Assembly: GCA_038874355.1 (NCBI GenBank)
Contig: JAVZCO010000001.1
Span: forward strand, 231,637-295,636
Direction: 5' to 3'
Origin: Candidatus Pacearchaeota archaeon
Lineage (GTDB): Archaea; Nanobdellota; Nanobdellia; Pacearchaeales; GW2011-AR1
Length of the DNA stretch: 64,000 nt
Below the pieces are notes generated by a model. That model worked only from the letters and a program-made list of their open reading frames with translations, ran no database searches and had not been told where the DNA came from. The position numbers and the translations under genes were made by a program. Below are positions 59,812 through 64,000 of this stretch, one piece after another. Each line of letters begins with the position of its first letter. Position 1 is the first letter of the stretch.

Positions 59812-62800
59812 ATGAGAAATAAAAGAGGAAAAAAAGATAAAATAATAAGCATATTTGAAATTCTCTTACTTTTAACAGCAACTTTTGCTTTTGCTTATTT
59901 AATAGGAATAGCAACAAATTCTATTACTATTGTAAGTGCTTCCCAAGATATTATTAATTGTTGTCCAGAAACAAAAAATGGTCAAATATGTCAAGAAATT
60001 CCTTATGCAAAATGTAGTGAAGAATGTAATCAATTATGCTCATATTCAAGATGTTCGGAAGTTAGCGAATGTAAATTAGGATGTTGTATAGATAAACAAG
60101 AAGGAAATTGTATTCCAAATACACCAGAAATTTTATGTAGAGAATCTAATACCGAATGGAAGGATGATGCTTCTTGTAATTATAATGAATGTAAACCAGG
60201 ATGTTGTATTATAGGAGATAAAACAATCTTTGTTAACGCAAAAAAATGTGAAATTTTGACTTTGCTTAATGGATTATCAACAATAACAAATTATGACTTC
60301 AGGCAGGGAATGACAGAAATTGAATGTATCGCCTTAGAAAAAAGTACAATTAAAGGAGCATGTTTATTTGTTACAGATGAAAAAACAAATTGTAAAATTT
60401 TAACAAAAGAGGAATGTATAAGACAAACAGGGAGTTATTCTTATTTTTATGAAAATTATTTATGTACAGCTGCAGAATTAAACACTACTTGTAATCCAAC
60501 AACAAATACAACTTGTGTTGATGGAAAAGATGAAGTATATTTTGTTGATTCTTGTGGAAATATAGCAAATATTTACGATTCATCAAAAATTTATAATCCA
60601 AATGACAACAGTTCTATAGAATATTGGACAAAAATTTTTTCAAAAGAAGAATCTTGCAATAATAACTCAGGAAATATTAATTCTGCTTCATGTGGAAATT
60701 GTAATTATCTATTAGGTAGTAGATGCGGAAATTATATTGAAGGAAGATCTCCACAAAATGCTAAGCCAAATTATGGAAATTTTTATTGTAAGGATTTAAA
60801 TTGTTATGATGTTCCTCTTGCCATAAACACAAAAGGAGAAGTTTTGTTAAAAGGAGATAAAAAACATGGGGAACAATGGTGTATCTATGAAACAACAATT
60901 GGAAATGAAACCCAAGATTTAATTATCGGGTATAAAAGAGAAAGAATTAATCCTTTTATATCTAGGGATGTTCCAATAGTTCACAAGACAATTTCTGGAA
61001 GTGATCCTGTAGGTTCTCGTCATTATATAGCAACTTGTTATAATGGAGAATTTTCAATACAGCCTTGTGATGAATATAGAGATAAAATATGTATTCAATC
61101 AGATATAATTATAAATAACATAACTAATGAAAACTTTTCTTCTGCTTCATGTATAGTCAATTTATGGCAAGATTGTTTAAATTATAATTTTCAAATTAAT
61201 AATAATGTAGAAGGGCAAACAACAAATGATATGATGAATGAGTGTTTAAAAAATGAATTTTGTTATGTGAAACAAATAGATATAGATAAATATTTTAATT
61301 TTCCAATATGTCTACCTAAATATAAACCAGCATTTGATTTAACAAATAGAGAGGGTTCTTCTAAAGAAATATGTTCTATGGCATCTCAAACTTGTAAAGT
61401 TATTTATGTGAAAAAATTTTCTGGATGGAAATGCAAAGCCAATTGTGATTGTCTTACAAAAGAATTTACATTAAAAATGAATGAATTTTGTAGAAGTTTA
61501 GGTGATTGTGGAGCTCAAATTAATGTTGCTGGTGAAGTTACAACAAGTAGTTTTAAAGTTTCACGAGCACCACCAATAACCGCTCAAGATATAAAAAATC
61601 TTAATTACTCAAATTTATTAAATATAGAGATAGGAGAATATGCTAGTATTGAAAATTTAAGTTATATTATCAATAGGATGAATATCCCTCCAGAAATGTT
61701 AGAATCAGAAAAATTATTTTCCTCTTCTTTCTTAGGAAGTATCATTGGTGGAACAGGAATACTTTATGCTATTTCCTTACATAATTTAGCAGGAACTGGG
61801 GCAACTCTTTCTCAAATATTTGAATTAGCATTCACAGGAGTTACTACTGTTAAAGAAGCAATATTTTCTTTACCATTTCTTTCAAAGTTATCAAGTCTTC
61901 TTGCAGGTTTTTCAATAGGTTATATGCTATCAAAATTTTTTGGGCTAAGTGAAGGAGCAGCAATTGCAATTGGAGTAATAGGAGCTGTAGTTGCTTTTTA
62001 TGGAATTACTCAAGGATGGTTTAGCATTACAACTTTAGGATTTATTGGTTTAACTATAATAATTTTAAGTTTTTTATTTGGAATAGGAAAAAAGAAAGTA
62101 GTGCAAGTTACTTCAACATGCTCTCCTTATCAAGTTCCAATTGGAGGAGAAAATTGCGATTTTTGTAATAAAAATGAATACCTCCCTTGCAATAGATATA
62201 AATGTACTTCTTTAGGAACAGCATGTAAATTCATAAATGAAGGAACACCACAGGAAAAATGTATAGCAAGTATTAATGATCATACTGCTCCAATCATTTC
62301 TCCATTAAAATTTGATAATTATACTTATAATGAACTTCAAAATGGTTATGAAATAAAAACAAAAAATAACGAATGCTTTGAAGCATGGCAAGATATTTTA
62401 TTAGGAATAACAACTAATGAAGTTTCTCAATGTAAAATTTCTTTAAATCCTGGAAGTTCTCCTACATATTTTGATAATATTCCAGAATATTTTCCCAATA
62501 CAATTTACCAAGAAAATCACACTTTATTATATAAATTACCTTCTGCAGATTTATTAGGAGCAATCGGTTTTAGTCCAACTAGAACAGGAACAATTAATTT
62601 TTATATAAGATGTCAAGATGATTGGGGAAATAAAAATACTGTAGATTATATAATAAAAACATGTGTAAAACCAGAACCAGATAAAACACCACCTATAATA
62701 AATAAATTTTCTCCAGAAGAAGAAAATGCTTATTTAGGTTTTGAAAAAAATAATTTTTCTTTAACAATTTTCACAAACGAACCAGCAGAATGTAAGTATA

Positions 62801-63687
62801 GTTTTATTAATAAAAATTATGATGAAATGGAATATAATTTTAGTTGCTCCTCAAATAAAATACTTTCTCCAGAAGAACTTTTTTCTTCAATCAACGAAAC
62901 AGAAGATGAAACAGAAGTAGAAATAAATTTTTCTGAGATATCTTACACAAAAGAAGATATTTTAAATTCTTATCTTTCTATGCAAACAATATTTGGTTTT
63001 CCTTGTTATGCAGAAATAAATACAAAAGACAATTATACAATATTTATAAAATGCAAAGATCAACCATGGTATGAAGAAGAAAATGAATCTTTAAGAAATG
63101 TAAATTTACAACCTCAACCATTAAATGGTTATACAATAAAAAAATCTTTATCTCAATTAAATATAGATTCTATTCTACCTAAAGGTGAAATTTTAGCAGG
63201 AACATCTCCATTTACTATAGAATTAATTGCAACAACTTCTGGTGGGGTTGATGGAAAAGCTACATGCTATTACTCTTTTAATGGTAAAGATTTTTCAATG
63301 TTTTATGAAACTGGTTCAACAAAACACAAACAAACTTTTAATCAAATTATTGAAGGGGATTATACAATATATGTTAAGTGTATAGATAAGGCAGGAAATA
63401 TTGCTTTAAACAGCACAACTTTTTACTTACAGACAGATACAAAAGCCCCAAAAGTAATTAGAACTTATTCTTCTCTTGGAATTTTAACAATAATAACAGA
63501 TGAAGAATCTTATTGTAGTTATTCTGCATCTAATTGTAACTTTATGTATGAAAACGGAACTTCGATGGAAAATTACGGGAAAATTCATACTACCCCAGTT
63601 CAATATGGCAAAACATATTACATAAAATGTAAGGATATTTATGGAAATTTACCTTCTCAATGTAGCATAATTATAAGAAATATATAA
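59812..63687 (+). CDS. Large Cys-rich membrane/surface protein (1291 aa)
   Basis: N-terminal TM, GCC-type Cys repeats, central Gly/Ala-rich hydrophobic block, C-terminal Ig-like repeats ending Y(I/V)xCxDxxGN. Confidence 0.8.
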   Translation: MRNKRGKKDKIISIFEILLLLTATFAFAYLIGIATNSITIVSASQDIINCCPETKNGQICQEIPYAKCSEECNQLCSYSRCSEVSECKLGCCIDKQEGNCIPNTPEILCRESNTEWKDDASCNYNECKPGCCIIGDKTIFVNAKKCEILTLLNGLSTITNYDFRQGMTEIECIALEKSTIKGACLFVTDEKTNCKILTKEECIRQTGSYSYFYENYLCTAAELNTTCNPTTNTTCVDGKDEVYFVDSCGNIANIYDSSKIYNPNDNSSIEYWTKIFSKEESCNNNSGNINSASCGNCNYLLGSRCGNYIEGRSPQNAKPNYGNFYCKDLNCYDVPLAINTKGEVLLKGDKKHGEQWCIYETTIGNETQDLIIGYKRERINPFISRDVPIVHKTISGSDPVGSRHYIATCYNGEFSIQPCDEYRDKICIQSDIIINNITNENFSSASCIVNLWQDCLNYNFQINNNVEGQTTNDMMNECLKNEFCYVKQIDIDKYFNFPICLPKYKPAFDLTNREGSSKEICSMASQTCKVIYVKKFSGWKCKANCDCLTKEFTLKMNEFCRSLGDCGAQINVAGEVTTSSFKVSRAPPITAQDIKNLNYSNLLNIEIGEYASIENLSYIINRMNIPPEMLESEKLFSSSFLGSIIGGTGILYAISLHNLAGTGATLSQIFELAFTGVTTVKEAIFSLPFLSKLSSLLAGFSIGYMLSKFFGLSEGAAIAIGVIGAVVAFYGITQGWFSITTLGFIGLTIIILSFLFGIGKKKVVQVTSTCSPYQVPIGGENCDFCNKNEYLPCNRYKCTSLGTACKFINEGTPQEKCIASINDHTAPIISPLKFDNYTYNELQNGYEIKTKNNECFEAWQDILLGITTNEVSQCKISLNPGSSPTYFDNIPEYFPNTIYQENHTLLYKLPSADLLGAIGFSPTRTGTINFYIRCQDDWGNKNTVDYIIKTCVKPEPDKTPPIINKFSPEEENAYLGFEKNNFSLTIFTNEPAECKYSFINKNYDEMEYNFSCSSNKILSPEELFSSINETEDETEVEINFSEISYTKEDILNSYLSMQTIFGFPCYAEINTKDNYTIFIKCKDQPWYEEENESLRNVNLQPQPLNGYTIKKSLSQLNIDSILPKGEILAGTSPFTIELIATTSGGVDGKATCYYSFNGKDFSMFYETGSTKHKQTFNQIIEGDYTIYVKCIDKAGNIALNSTTFYLQTDTKAPKVIRTYSSLGILTIITDEESYCSYSASNCNFMYENGTSMENYGKIHTTPVQYGKTYYIKCKDIYGNLPSQCSIIIRNI

Positions 63688-63732
63688 TAAATTAACAAAA
63701 ATGTTTATAAATAAGAAAGAATTTATACTAAA

Positions 63733-64000
63733 ATGAAAAACAAAAAAGCACAATTAACTTTATTTATAATTATTTCTATTTTTATTGTTGCTTTATTATT
63801 AATAATTTTTTGGCCAAAAGTAAAAACAATCTTTATCTCATCCTCCCCGGAAATTGATTTTCAAAAATGTATAGAAAATGATTTGAAAAAAGAAATTTCT
63901 TTAATTGCTTCAAATGGAGGGAGTAAAAATCCTAAACTATATTATTCTTATCAAGGAGATAAAATAGAATATTTATGTTACACTAACGAAAATTATAAAA
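63733..64000 (+). CDS. Type IV pilin-like protein, paralog of 58796-59587 (3' truncated by window)
   Basis: MKNKKA/QLTLFIIISIFIV...QKCIE...NGG..NP......K..YLCY..NY matches KKCAK...QGG..NP......K..FLCY..NY. Confidence 0.7.
   Translation, partial: MKNKKAQLTLFIIISIFIVALLLIIFWPKVKTIFISSSPEIDFQKCIENDLKKEISLIASNGGSKNPKLYYSYQGDKIEYLCYTNENYK

Noticed and set aside
57390..59852. ORFs 57390-57575(+), 58589-58813(-) and 59448-59852(-) as membrane proteins
   Set aside because: Their hydrophobicity is an artefact of reading A-rich sequence in antisense; they overlap better-supported genes

Overview
Very AT-rich archaeal chromosomal DNA, most consistent with a reduced-genome DPANN archaeon (Pacearchaeota/Woesearchaeota-like). 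This is inferred from archaeal ribosomal proteins, AglB, a fused PriS-PriL primase, AMP phosphorylase plus a ribose-1,5-bisphosphate isomerase, and type IV pilin-like proteins. Layout: secD 3' end; a ~20 kb surface-glycosylation island (2 flippases, GT2/GT4/GT-C, AglH-like, AglB, four SAM methyltransferases of which one is frameshifted, deacetylase, FemAB-like GNAT, radical SAM, heptose-kinase domain); the S10-spc ribosomal superoperon with secY on the minus strand; AMP phosphorylase and transporters; tRNA-Ser(TGA); rpl1-rpl10-rpl12; taw1, site-2 protease, eL40, aIF5A, slyD, ftsZ, amrS; Cys-rich membrane-anchored surface proteins; cas4-primase / PCNA; and an RHH regulator followed by pilin-like genes flanking a 1291-aa Cys-rich membrane protein. 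Most notable: a perfect 104-bp repeat giving uS17 and uL22 identical N-termini, a structured rpl1 leader with an 18-bp tandem duplication, a 13-aa Lys-rich micro-ORF with a clear SD, beta-defensin-spaced Cys modules in surface proteins, and a candidate host-contact locus at the right end. No rRNA, CRISPR array or mobile element was seen. All calls come from motif recognition by eye; no searches were run.
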